A DNA stretch of 62,917 bases, counting the filler, from Pelomyxa schiedti (taxonomy: Eukaryota; Protista; Evosea), in assembly GCA_020536535.1 (NCBI GenBank). It is 3 parts of 3 records of this genome, joined end to end, with 100 filler letters (N's around TTAATTAATTAA, not from the genome) between each part and the next. Parts side by side here need not be neighbours in the genome. Positions count along the whole stretch, not along the records: positions 1 to 31,198 come from JAHLWZ010001001.1; 2 more parts are not named here. One strand, written 5' to 3'. Of this stretch, positions 13,056 through 26,339 are shown in pieces. The position numbers were made by a program, and so were the translations under genes. Under the pieces are notes generated by a model that made no database searches, was not told the origin of the DNA, and saw nothing but the letters and a program-made list of their open reading frames with translations. Each line of letters starts with the position of its first letter. The stretch's first letter is position 1.

Positions 13056-15674
13056 CTAAACGGAACGTGAGAAATGAACACAAGGAAAATGCCCAATACC
13101 TGTTTGCTGAGTGCGAGGCAGGCCACTGTGTTGTGGTGTCTCTTGACTGGGTGATGCTAATTGTGTGTTATTGGGGGAATGGTTGGTTGTGGTGTTGCTG
13201 GTTGATGTCGTAGTGCTGCAGGATGTGGTTGTGGTAGTGGCGGAGCCGATGTCCAATCCGTCCAATCCATCCACTTCATTCGATACAGCAGCATCAATAG
13301 CCGCTGCTATGTCATCGGCGTCTACATCAAAAGCCAGGTTGTTGTATGATGTTGCTGTGCCATCAGAATTATGCGACGTGGGAAGGAGAAGCCATTCCAA
13401 GTCGGCTGGTTCTGATGCCTCCTGCGTCTCAGTTTCTGGTTGTTCCAAGTCTTGCAGCTCGCTATCATTGTCGAAAGAGATACATTGTTGGTCACTAGCA
13501 TCCAACTGTGAGCGGTTAGATGATGAATTATAAAAATAAAAAGTTCTTTTTACAAACCCCAAGAGAAAAACGGCGGGCATTTTGAATAGCGTCTAGCCAT
13601 TCCTCCATCAACGCAGCGTTCTCTGCTTGTACATCCCAAGAAGTGGTCCGCCAACTATAATGCAGAAAAGGATTACAAAACAAAAGCATAAATAGGGGAA
13701 AAGGAGAAAAAGGGAAGCGTACGTATTCAAACTAACAACTATATGTATACCCAAATCGCAGATAGGGACCACACTGACAATTTCATCCAGAAGGATTTTC
13801 CCACAAGGTGTGGGACTCTAAATGAAGAAAGACATAAGTAAAAAAAGCCTAGACAGACAGGAAGTTACTTTAGGAGATGTGAAGTTCATCAAACTATTCC
13901 CCTTTAAAACAAACCTGTTAGGTAAAGAAACTGTCAGTTAAAAGAAACAAGACAGAATCATAACCATCTTTTTTTCCAGTTTTTCCATTTACTTCCTTGC
14001 TTTTTTAGCCACCCACTTTTCGCAATAACATATCCCTGAATTTGATGAGGCTAATACAAGGCCCAACAACTTACAGCAGTTTGCCCACAAGTATTTCTAG
14101 CTTTAGCGATTTTTTCTGGGCACAAGTTAAACCGTACGTCTACTTTTTCAAAAAAATACCTTGCACACTTGCGGGACCAATAGCTGGATCAACAAAAAAG
14201 CACATGGAACCATCTCCAATATTGAAACAGGCAATTTTAGTCACCAGCTGGGTTTCTAGAACATGATTCTGATAAAAATTAAAATAATGTTATTAGTTCG
14301 CCGGACTTACTGTAACAGTGTCTGGAAGATCTAGTACTGGTGACAGATTAAAGGACACACTAATGGAGAATCTACTTGGAAAGCTGATAACAGTTAAATA
14401 TAACTTAAGATGCTTTCTAATACCGGCTATCGTCTGCAGCACCGTCAATCGCAGATTTATTCAAAAAGAGAGTGCCATGCTCAACATATCCTGTGTGGAA
14501 ATTGAATCGACATACTTGCTCTGGTCTGGCAAAGGCAATTAAGAGAGGTACTGCTGATTCTTGTTGGGAAAATGAGTGGGAGTAAGATTGCACTCACTTT
14601 CCCATGTATGGAACATGATCGATAACCACAAGAATGTCTCCTTGGACAATGGCAGCTACATCAAAAATTATAGGCGAATCGCCAGTACATTCTCTGTGGA
14701 GAGTTCGATGAAATAGCTAGAGTCAATATAAACCTTGGGGCGGAGACAAATATTGGTGTAGTAGAACTGACTTGATATATTGATAACATAGGAGCAATAC
14801 CCGCAGACATTAGTAATGTAAACTGGAGGCTATTAGTTGAGGTTATTCTTCTTGTGTATTGCATAGCAAACCTGTGGGGTACAACTCAAAGTGATTTGGG
14901 TGATTTTCAAAGCATCAGGCTTAGGCGTTTGCTTGTTATGTAACAGGCGACTTAAATAATGAACATAACGCAGCTGACTAGGTCCAGAAACACCATTCTG
15001 GGTAACTGACCTTTGTCTTGCAAAAAAGTTGAGGGCATTATCGGGTTGATCGAAAAGCCCTTAAATTGGGAAGTCAAAAGGGAGAAGCCCAGTTCCGATA
15101 CTCACCACAGAGGAGGAAAAAACTGGCTATAACTGTTCCTGTCCTCCCTTTTCCAGCCTATTTCCAGTTAATACGTGCATTTCTCTTCTGCTCCATACGA
15201 GACAGTGGACAGCTACAATATTCAGTGGATCAGCAGCAAGCCAGCTGTACATGTCCATGACGAGTTTCAAGAGAACCCAAAAGGGTGGGGCATGGTGATC
15301 AGGAAAGGAACACCACATGTACTGAACCTGAAAGAAAGTAAGGAGAGGAGAAATTCAACAACACTTGCCTGGTAAGAAAACTTAGCGTAGTCATAATCCC
15401 TACCAGAGAGGTTAAAAATCATGTAGTGCCCTTTGTGGTGGGTCTCCATCATTCCGACTACATCATCAATAAAGTTTCTGTACGTGCTTTCCACCCCCTC
15501 AGCAGGGAATGACATTGCTTTTAAGACTATTACCCAACCACAAAGCTTTGGTTTGGAAAAAAAGTTACCAATGACTCTATCAGTGATATACGTCAGATCT
15601 AGATTGTACTTTCCGTCGTCAAAGCGATTCTTGTCGCCGGAGAAGCGAGTCCTTAGTGCCGTGTAGAAGGCCAT
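13056..15674 (-). CDS. PTEN-like phosphoinositide phosphatase (phosphatase, probable C2) with a C-terminal PH domain
   Basis: 'LDLTYITDRVI|AMSFPAEG.ESTYRN', 'FPDHHAP', spliced P-loop 'HCL|AGKGRTG'. PH exons 'KSGWLKKQGSKWKNWKKRW|FVLKGNSL' near 13880-14030. 3' end approximate. Confidence 0.88.
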
Positions 15675-15930
15675 GACCCTTCGACCGTTTTTTTTCTTCA
15701 AAAAGTTTGCTTTTCTGCGCCATCAATCCATGTCATCACAAACTTCCACATAAAAACGAAGATAAGATTATTTTGGAGCTGCGTTTCGTTGTGTGTTGGG
15801 CAATACAATTCGGTATGAGGATTGGTGGGTGCCTGGGCCAAACCAAGTTGGAAGGCACGTATCTTGTCACCAGCCTTTCTCCACAATGTGGAGGTCGGGA
15901 GATAATTTGATTGCAGCATCAACAGTGAGG

Positions 15931-18900
15931 TCAGAATCTAGTTCTACTCCATCCGCGGTGCCAAACGCGGTTTCTTCGGCATTGAGCCCGCGGGGGAGGT
16001 TTTTCAGGAGTAATTGCTGGAGAGTTGTTTGGGAATCCACAGCAACCTTCTTGGTTCTTCCTTTGTATGTAATAGAAACTGGGTAATTTTAGTAAAGTGG
16101 TAGTATGCATACAGAAGGTACCTGTTGTGGTGGTCATAGCCGGGCTGCTCGAGGCTGCTGTGGTTGATGCTGCCGTTGTGCTTGGAGGAATATCTTCAGG
16201 TATCTTCTCTGCAGGAACAACGGCGGGGTATGCACACTCTGGCTGGTATTTAAGGAGAGCTTTAAATCCGGATATAGTGGATGCCCACATGCATTTGTTG
16301 CCGTTAGTATTTGTCATGCACAACGATCTGAATGTAGTTCGGCCTGGAGGTTGATTGGGTATTGGGGAGCACAGAACTTTGGTGAGAGATCCAGCAAAGA
16401 ATGCATGGATGCGACCGGCACTATCGGCGCCCCACACAATATTTGATTCTTCATCAATGCACAGGTCTTGCACAATTGGGACAAGTAAGGCTGAGGCTCC
16501 TTCCACGAGTCCAACTTCAATTTTTAAAATAAGTTCTGCTGTATTGGCATCACACACGGCAACACAGGTTCCTGCCGCACACCACATTTGCTCATTCTTT
16601 TCATGTACTTGCAAGGAAAAAACGGGGCTTCTCGCTGAGACCTTCATCTCTGTTTTGGCCTGCCATAAATGGCAATCGAATAAAACAATTGTGCCTTGGC
16701 AGCCCACCCATACCCAGCGCTTGTATTGCTTTATGCTTGACACAGGGTGAGAACTGACTACAAATTAGTGCCACAAAAGATAAAAAAGACCGATACCTGT
16801 CTAATTGGATGGTGTCTTGTAGATTTCTCTTTGTGAGATCGACAACAGCAATGCAACAATTGTCTGTTGGTGTCCCACACCACAGGTACTGCTTGTCATT
16901 GGTTGTTATAATACCAATACTGGAGATAATCCACCCATCCTGAAATATTTGTAGTGGTTGTTCAGCTATGTTGTTGGTCACTGAGAAGCTGTGCAGTAAC
17001 CCGTTGCAAGACCCGCACCATACACGATTATCGCAAAAAGCAAGTGCATATATTGCTGAGTTATGTAGTCTTACTGAAGTGAAAGTGGCTGTATTTGTTG
17101 GACTAACGGTGGTCAGTACAAGTTGCCCATCTTCACATCCAGCAAAGAGGGTATTATTCACCCACAACAGAGACCACACTGGTGTTTGTAGCTGTCCCTC
17201 ACCAACCTGCTCTTGTGAAAGAAGGCGCAGATTGCAAGCTGGGGGAGCTGCCGTTCCGGCCAATTGTAGTTTTTCCTTTATACTGCCATGGGACTTCACT
17301 GGTGTAATGTGCAACATTTGTTCCATCCGCAATACAATCTGCGTAGCTGTGAGGCGGTCATGAGGTACTCCAGACCAGCATCTTGGAAGAAGCTCCGAAA
17401 ATACTGGGGAAAAGGACTCCGGCAGTGTAGGGCGTAAGCCGTCCATGATATCAGTTTTCAGTTTTTGTTCCTTTATTTTCCCCAATGTGCAGTATTGTGG
17501 AAGACCAAGGAATTCATCATAAGGGGATACCCCAGAAGCAAGTTCATAAAATACCATAGATAAAGCATAAACATCTGAGGATTCATTGTACGATTTGGAG
17601 TGAACACTAAATACTTCTGGTGCAAAACACTGGTATTTGTCTTGGAATATGCCACCAATATCACCAATGGCTTTTTGACTAAGGCCTACAGTATATCAAT
17701 AGAGGTGTGAACATTTTTTAAGCAACCTAAATCAGATATTTTCGCATGGATCACCTCACTGGAGTCACTCAGAGAAAATATAAGAACGTTAGGGGAGCGC
17801 AAATCTGTATAGTTAAAGTAACGTAGCTTTCAGGGTAATTTAATGCTTCCTCACCTCTGTGTACAATAGGCGGAGAAAGTGAGTGAAGATATTCCAACCC
17901 TCTTGCTGTATCAAGGGCAATGAGATGCTTCTGTCTCCAATCAAGGGCCGTTCTCAGTACCAGGGAGTGCAAGTCACCAAATGAGGCAAACTTAACAGTT
18001 TTGAGTGAATACACATCAACACTTGAAAAAACCTCCATAACAAGCCCGAGTAACGGTGGGGCAGTAACACCGAGTAGTTGAATGACATATGGACAATCTA
18101 ATCCAGCCATTAGCTCCGCTTCTTTCTTAAAAGCAGAAAACCTCTCCACTTGCCCATATACATCAGTGTCCTATGTGATATGAGAAGGGAAGGTATTCCC
18201 AACTAGAACTTACAAGTTGTTTTATCGCTTTCCATGCAGTATCCTTCCCAGCCAAAGTGCATTTATACACTTCTCCAAATGTGCCTCCACCAAGTCTTCC
18301 TTGCATTACCACAGAGGAGCCAGGAATTAAGTTCAAATTAGATACAGATAAGTCCGGCGCAAGTGAATCCACCACCACATCGCATCCCCCTCGTTGACAA
18401 TAGACAACACGCTTCCCGCTGTTCAATGCCTGCGCAATATCCGAAAATAAGAAGTAAAACTGCTGGGCATCGCCTGGATGCTTTGGAACTGGACAGTGAT
18501 TGCATGCAACTTCCTTGATTATGGATGTTATAATTGGGGCATAGAAGGAATCCAAGCATGTATCTATTGCAGAAATTGCGTCACAGAAAAGGGTTGGGTG
18601 CACGAAACGTGCACATCTTGAATAAATATGGAGCTGATGTGTTGCGCCTGCCACACAGATAAATTCCACGCGTAAATGATGTAGCTGGTAGTTGCCGGTA
18701 TTAGACACACTGTTATCGCGCACAATTATGGCATTGTTCTTCCAGAACAGGTTTCCTACTGAATGGTGATCCTTCATTCCCAGAAGTCGCACAAGAACAC
18801 GACCAAATAAACCCATGGGGAGAGAATGAAAATTGTAAATCCTCCCATACTGGACTTCAGTTGAAGCAGGCACAGACGGCCATGCTGCACTTGCTTCTAG

Positions 18901-21336
18901 TGGTTCCTTTAGAGGTAGCAGATAAGGAATTAAATATCGTGATGCTATCGGTTCACTTGAGTAGCGTGAGAACATACTCAAAATTTGGCGGAAGGCTTAC
19001 TTGACCGTCTTGAGAGGGATCATTATATTGAAGTACTCCAAAAGACTGAGTAAAAATGGGTATTGCTCCTGTGGAAACTGTTTCCACATCAGTGGGAGGT
19101 GTTTAATATCAAGAATGCCATCCTTGATAAAGGAAGACTGTTTCACAGATATCACAGTAGAAAAAAGTGAGGCAAGAAATTCAGGATTTATCACGATAAT
19201 ATCTAAGGGAACGGTAAGGGAACTAGTGACTTGATGATGGATATTTAACTAAATTGCCGTGCAATGGCCGGGAAATACATTAAAGAGCCTACTTCATGGA
19301 AGAAGAGTGCAGCATTGGAAATATTTCCAGAGTCAATGCCACACTCTACGGCCATCTCACAAAATTGTGACCATTGCATAGTCTAGTGGCATTACATGGC
19401 TTTAGTATATTTGAAGTGACAAAAAGATGAAACCTGCGTTTTTTGCCGAATCAAACTGATTTTGTTATGTAACACAACCCAAGAACACTTGATCTTCTCT
19501 CGTAGAAAACGAAACTCTGTAACCACATCTACAAGGCAACTTTTGACGGCGGGAAAACCACTCCCCGATCGAGCATTCACTGGTAAACAATCGACAATTC
19601 TAAATCCTCTATTTTTGAACTGCTGCTGAATGCTTTTACACATGCTTTGTGCCTTTACTCCCACAACATCAGCATGCGTTCCGACAAGCAGAAGAGGAGG
19701 CTTGGTTGTGGGCACCAAGTTCACTATTTGAGTCAGGTAAAACTCAATGAAGGCCTCGTGCATGCGTGAAAGATTAAAAACTAATACAAAGAGTGATCGG
19801 CCTAGTTACATTAATGAATAGTCAAACGTGGATAATACATACCGGTAAGGAAAAATTGGTGAGTCTCCTGCAAGATAACCTGTCCACCAAAGTCATAAGA
19901 GCAAAACTCAACATTATTTATTGTGAATGGCGTCAAGTTCACCGATACGCCATCCGTGGATAACGGGATCTTGGTGCATGTGCCATGCAACTGATGGCAT
20001 AGACTTGTCTTTCCGACTGCAGCAGGGCCTAAGATAACCAGTTTTACCTGATTCCATCTGGTTTCTTCCCCCAGAGGAGCCTGCAGCAAGTAGTGTAACA
20101 GAGCAATTCGATCTGAGTAAATGGAGCTTGGTATATCAAGGTTTCGGTTACCACTAAGTTTTACTGTAGCACTCGGATTTTGCAAAACACGTGACAGTGT
20201 TGGCGGCAGAGTGGTTAATGCATTGTTCTCTAAGTTGATGTCAACAAGGCGGTCGCAGTACCCAATTTCATCAGGAAGTGTTAATATGCAGTTGTATGAA
20301 AGATCCAGTGTAGTTAATGCTCCCATCCTATTGATTTCGGCAGGTATCCATGAAATGTAATTGTGTGAAAAAATGATTTTGCACAAGGTATTAGACAGGT
20401 TCCTACAAAGGGCCACTGGGAAATACGGCATGTTATTTTTGCTGAGATTCACACATGTTAGACCAGAAAGTTCCCCAGTGCCAAAATGTTTTGGCAAGGT
20501 AGTTAATCCAACTTCATTTAGGATATACTCTCCAGTGGATTTTGCTTTTTCCAGTGCCGCCAATTTGAGAGCTTCATCTTTTGGCCAGTAGAGTTCCCAT
20601 AAGAACTTTGCAGCGTTATTATAAAACTTCTTCTTTTCTGGTTGACGAGGTATGAGGTCGGGTGGGACAACGGGGACTGGCGCAGAGTCCACTTTTAATC
20701 TTGTTTCCATGGAGCACGCCATCTCAAAGAAGATGTGTTCAATGTTTGTGTTACATTTAGCACTGGCCTCAAAGAAAGAGAAGTCCCAGCCCAAGCACAA
20801 CTCTCTTGCCTGCTCGACGGAAATAGCACGTTGATCTTCCAGATCGCACTTTGTCCCCACGCAACAGCCACTTGCATCTTCACAATACGAATCCATTGTG
20901 TGTCTCCAGCGTGTCAAATTTGTGAAAGACTCTGTGTCCGTGATATCATACACAAAGAAGACTCCTTGGGTCCCTCGGAATTGTCTTCAGTAGGGAAGTC
21001 AACAGGTAAGTTAAACAGAGTTGATAAACAAACGCGGCAGTGGGAGTTCGAAAGCGATCGTTCAGAAGAAGGTCCCAGATCTGGAGCACGATCCGCTTCC
21101 CGCGTACAATCAGTGGAGAAGACAATTTGAACGAAGCATCTTCAGTCGGAGCACTCGTATCAGTGAACGTACCGTCTATGTACCTATGAATCAGGGCTGT
21201 CTGGAGAAGGAATCAGTACATTAAAACCATACTTTGCAATCGAGAGTACCTTGCCCACCGACCTGTCACCAAGCAGAATTACTTTGAACAAGTGGTCAAA
21301 TGGTTCTTCGCCAACAAGACTGCGTTGCATCGTCAT
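15931..21336 (-). CDS. Roco/LRRK-like kinase: Rab-like GTPase, LRR, ROC, COR, TKL kinase, WD40-like propeller
   Basis: Rab: 'FKVILLGDRSVGK|T', 'VYDITD.ESF', 'VGTKCD', 'FEASAK'. LRRs: 'LDLSYN', 'INLENN'. ROC: 'VKLVILGPAAVGKTSL..STDGV..YDFGGQ', 'LVGTHAD'. COR: 'LPMGLFGRVLVRL'. Kinase: 'LGGGTFGEVYK', 'HR|DLRSPN', 'FAPE'. WD-like repeats at 16100-17250. 3' end approximate. Confidence 0.9.
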
Positions 21337-21531
21337 ACAAAATGCCGGTTTCTGTGAAAGACTGTGTTGGGTGTCTGGCAGTCTCTCAGCCCCCGAAACT
21401 GTAAGAACCCACAGCTGCGGGACAGGAAAAGACAACCGGTTGCATCGTGTTTGATTCTAACAAACAGGCAGCCACTCAGGGGGCATTTGCCGTTACGTCT
21501 AACACCGGGGAGGCTACCGACCCACTCACGC

Positions 21532-23041
21532 ATGCGGCGATACGATGGCGCCAGTTTCGGGGTGCTGGGTGTGGAGCTAGCCATCGTGCAGGTGCCACTC
21601 GCAGTCTTCACCGCGCTCATGTATGCCAAGGAGACCGGCGCTGTGACGTGGACGTGGTGGGCAATCTTCGCGCCGATGCTGCTCATTGCACTCTTGTTTG
21701 CGCTCGCTGGCACACAGAGGACGAGTGCCCCGCACACTGTGAGAGTCGCTTGTGTCCTTGGCGTCGTTTGCTTTGCTGCTACTATTCTTATGATCATTTT
21801 CAAGTGTGTTCTCATTCGTCTAGAAATTAATTATTTCCCTCGTCCATCGGCTATGTCTGTGGCTAACTCGTTATTTTTCTTTTCTTTTCTTTTCTTTTCT
21901 TTTCTTTTCTTTTCTTTTCTTTTCTTTTCTTTTCTTTTCTTTTCTTTTCTTTTGATTTTTTTTGTTTTATCAAGACTAGAGTACAACTCTGCTGTTCTAG
22001 AAAACTTGGTGATTCTATACATTCCAATTTGGGCTTTTCCATTGGTCACTATCCAAGCTTCATTGTACAAGTTTAAAGAAGTAATACTAGGCAGGGCTTG
22101 ACAGCAATTGGAATTTACTCCATATTTCGTGGAAGACAGCAAACGCGTCATGTTCTCCCAACTGGATCCCACAGTCAATTTGACATCTGGAGGAATACTG
22201 AGTATCACACCATTGGGGTAGGATTGATTTGCCTTGGTGTTCTTCTTGGTTTAATAGTTTCCCTAATATTTCTGAAAGAAACGGGGCTCCTTAATGCTTC
22301 ATGGTGGTGTACTTTTTCTTTCTTTAAAACAAAAATTAATAACTCAAACTTGTACCTTCACATTCTCACATCCATTTCCCCATTTAGGACTATTATTTTC
22401 GTGCCATGGTTAGTTTCTTATAAAGTACTGTAACTGTGTTTTTATTGCCCCCAGGTGGATTCTGGATTCCTTTTCGTTTATTGTTGGTGGATTCTTGATT
22501 CTTTTTACTCTTGGTGCACCCTCCGATGCTTTATTTCCGGTCCGATCATTTGTCCTCTCAGTCTTCGATACTCACCGATAGATAGATCTATCAATTGTTG
22601 AACTTTCTCGCAATTCTGCTTGCTTGCATGCTATTCGAGATTTTTTTAGCCATTCAGTTGGATGGTGATCGTAGCTTGGCGTATTACTCACCATACATTG
22701 CCGCCCTGGTAGCAGAATTCCTATTTGCCACATGTGGTATTGGAATGCTTATTGGCAAGAATCGTAGGAAGAGTTTATTCAAGAGGAGAAAGCCACTCAA
22801 ACCTGCCAAGTCACACAAACAACAGCACCACGAATACGACACCCTCCCACAAGAATCACAACCCCACAACCCCCAAAACATTTCTGTGCAAGTAAGTGAC
22901 ACCACCAGGTCTGCTTCAGCCACTACTACTGCTCCTACAACAAACACAACCACAGGCTTACCAGCCGTCACTGTTTTACCTAGCAATACTACCGCTGTTT
23001 CAGGAAGTACACCTGACAGCAACCCCTCATCAAGTTTGTGA
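21532..23041 (+). CDS. Multi-pass membrane protein, TMEM185/Fragile-X-F-associated-like
   Basis: Repeated hydrophobic segments with 'TWTWWAIFAP', 'LYIPIW', 'NASWW|TIIFVP|W' and 'FEIFLAIQLDG'. Confidence 0.6.
21876..21952. repeat. (TTTTC)n microsatellite in an intron
   Basis: About 15 tandem TTTTC units are visible directly. Confidence 0.95.
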
Positions 23042-23144
23042 AACTACAACCAAAAACTGTGAAGAGTGTTGTTTTATTCTTTTTTGTGTGTTTTTAACAT
23101 TGAGTTGAAACACAAAACTTGTTAGTACACTTTCTTTGTTGGGT

Positions 23145-24257
23145 TTAGTTCTTCCTGCTTAGTGTTCCTAGCACTACAGCAGCTTGACCCAAATGATACA
23201 AGGAATGTATGGCGAACGTGTGGGCCTGGGGTTCCTTCCATACAAATCTGTCACAGGCCAGAACAATATCAGAGTAGACAAGCATCGAGGCGCCAAACGC
23301 AATAGCGATTGAAGAGTAGTTCCATTTGAGTCCGCATCCACAGCGGCATGCATAAGTACTTCCAGGACCGGCAACAAGCGGGGTAATTGAGGTAAGTTTC
23401 ATAAAGGAAATCAAAATCATATATATCTGCAGTGTGAAAAGGAGTCAGCTCCATTAGAAAGGGTAAAACAGAGAATAAAAGTCACGCACTACAACGGGAA
23501 TGGCATCCGCAAGTCCCTGACTCCCAAGAACGTGGGACAGAACCCACAAGAATCCAGCCCAAGTCAAAGTGTAGTCCAATGTAACCCACACCCTGAATAG
23601 CATGCATTTCAAGTGCTTCGATGAGAACGTCGAGGGTGCCAATACCCTCCTGAGGGATGCTATGTTCCCCCACGTGAACTTCCACCCCTCGTTGAGGGTG
23701 TCGCTCCCCGCCAATGTCGTCGTGGGGGTTCCTGTTCGGCTGGCAGCAGCGGTTGCGTCGCCAGAAGAAGCGGGAGGGGAAGGGGAGGCGGGGATTATGG
23801 GACAGACCAGGTGCAACAAGGCATAGATGATCTGGACGCCAGCGAATGAGGCCACCCCAACTTTGAAGGCGACGTCGTCAGGCCCCGGGAGCATGAGGGC
23901 AATGTCTCCCACAAGTGAGAAACTCAGCGCCGCGAAGATCATCCACACCCTGACCCGCTTCGTCCTGGCGCGGGCCAGCGACCGGTACTTCGACCGCGTT
24001 TTCTCCTTCAGGTAGTTGTAGGACAGCTTCCCGACCGAGAGCGTCGCGGCGAGGGCGCTCAGCGACGCGATGAAGCCGGGCTTGAAGGCGTACTCGCACG
24101 TGGAGCCGTAGGACACGCAGCCCCAGTCGCACGCCGCGACGATCACGGAGAGAGCGGCGAGGGCGTAGACTTTGCCTGTAAGAAGCACCTTTTGCCTCAT
24201 TTTCTTGGCTGGGGAGGTTGGTGTATCCGAAATTATGGGTTGTTGTTGGGTTTGCAT
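23145..24257 (-). CDS. YhhN/TMEM86 (lysoplasmalogenase-like) membrane protein
   Basis: 'YAFKPGF', 'ALSFSLVGDIALM..FKVGVASF', 'GASMLVYSDIVLACDRF', 'LYHLGQ' match the YhhN pattern. Confidence 0.8.
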
Positions 24258-24497
24258 CTTTAGGGTTGTTGTTGTGCGGGCTGTTGCGTGGTGGAAGAAG
24301 GGGAAGTTTTGTTTGTTTTGCCTTTTTTTTTTATTTTGTTGTTTTCTTACTGCTGCGTTGTTGTGATGGATCTGATGTGACGTTTATTTTTTCGGGCGTT
24401 CGTGAGAAGAAGCGCTAGAACGCGAAATTGAAACGTCCCAAATTTGGAAAGGATTATGAGACACGGCGTTTTCCATTGACAGACATAGATAACGGAT

Positions 24498-26239
24498 TTA
24501 GGATGTGGCTGTGAGAAGTAGCATCGCGGTGTCATGGGCACCAACTGTGGCGGTGTATTGGCCTGTGAAAACGCCCAGGTCCTTGTGCGAGTACAAATCA
24601 CGCACCTGATTGTGGGTGGGAATTGTGCCAAATTGAGCCAACAAATGTGAATAGACGGAACAAACCAGAACGGTAGTGGTGAATCCAAGCTCATAGAAAG
24701 ATATTGAAATCTTGGTGCTGAGCAATGGCCCCGGGTTGAATAGTGCCGCTGCTGCGCGTTTTGCTCCGGTGCTACTTACATCTAGCTGTCTGGCCCATAC
24801 CTGTTCCTCTTCACTGCAGTGTAGGCAGACTCCTTGTTGCCCAAGGGCGTCTTGTGAAACTGGAATATGTGTTAATCTCATGGGTTTGGAATGATATCTC
24901 AGGGAGGATGAACCTGCAATTATCTCAGAGTTTTGCAAAATGGTAACTGAATCCGCAGATATATCCCGCAAGTCATTGGACATTAACATCGGTGATGCCC
25001 ATATAGCTGATTGTGATATTGAATTAGTCGACTAGGGTATTATTCCATACACCAAAGGGCCATTTGTGTTCGTTGTTCAGGCAACGATAGCCCAAAGTCT
25101 CCGATGATAAGCATATCTTATAGCACTATCAGGTCAAAATTTGCATGTGTAGTAGTAATACCCATGTCATTCCATGCACCCGGTTTGGCCCATGGATATA
25201 ACGATTCTTGATTCTGGGCAACCCAGTGAATGATATCAAGCACACTTGCCCATGAGTCTTGAATATCGTTATACATTCTCCAGAGATTACATGTCTGGAA
25301 GGAATAACTAAACTAGTATGACGAAGTAACATTACCTCAGCAATCAGTTCCCAGTTAATGGGAAGCTCAGCCAAACGTTGATCTAAATAAAGAATGAGAA
25401 TGCTCTAAATCTATAGAGACTAACAATCTGGCCAGCTACAACTATAGATCATCGGTCGACCTGATTCATTCAAATAATGCTCCATTTCAGTGTACCCATC
25501 ATCCATGGTTGCAGGGTCAGCATAACAGCCATCAAGTTTAAGCATATCAACTCCCCTAACACTGTGTGAATAGGCACCCCTAAGGATCAAATGCAAACCA
25601 GCTAGCAAAAGTATTTGCATCGAGTTCAAGGTAATCGATGGAGCCAGGATACCCTCCACACGTATAGTTTCCATAATCTCCATAAATTCCAAGAAGTAAC
25701 CTGGAGAAATTGAAAAGAACAACTACCTAAACTTAAAAGTACCCTCTGTCATGCATGTACTGAGCCAACCACGGAATTCCATGTGGGAATCTATCTGGAT
25801 CAGCCACAAGGGTTCCATCAGTGGCTCGCTCCTTTGAGGTCCAGCAATCGTCTATATTAACCAATTTATATCCTAAATCCTGGAAGCAAATCAATGAAAA
25901 AGTCAGTGAACAAGGGAATAAGAACACCCACTCTGTATCCATCAGCAACCAACCTATCTGCCATGTCCGTGAACAGCTTTTCAGAGATACAATCATCAGG
26001 GTATGTGGTGCAGTCAATTTCGCACCTGAACCTCTCCCAAGCAAGCCAACCCACTACAAGCAGTCACTCACCATAAAGAAAAAAAAAAAACAACGCAGTA
26101 ACTAGTGAATAAAGGAGCGTGACGAAAACGGATTTGGGTGGGGTTAACTTGGTGGGGTTAGAGCCAGTCCATTGTCCAAACCACGCACAACAATGAACAA
26201 ACAACAAAACAAGCCCACAACCACAACCAATGGTTTCAT
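24498..26239 (-). CDS. GH27 alpha-N-acetylgalactosaminidase / alpha-galactosidase, secreted
   Basis: Signal peptide followed by '[10 protein letters not shown]', '[10 protein letters not shown]', 'NIDDCW', 'DMLKLDGC', 'YSCSWP', '[10 protein letters not shown]', 'PMLMSNDLR'. Confidence 0.93.
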
Positions 26240-26339
26240 TTATCGAAAAGTTTTTCGTTTTTTTCCCTGTCCGTGGTTTTTTGCAGGCATTTGGCTAGGA
26301 TAACAGGGTTTTTTGTTACAGGCGAGACACAAATTGAGG

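Noticed and set aside
9916-21336. PP2C, PTEN and Roco run as a functional signalling cluster
   Set aside because: The genes are co-oriented, but signalling genes are abundant in such genomes and nothing here shows co-regulation.
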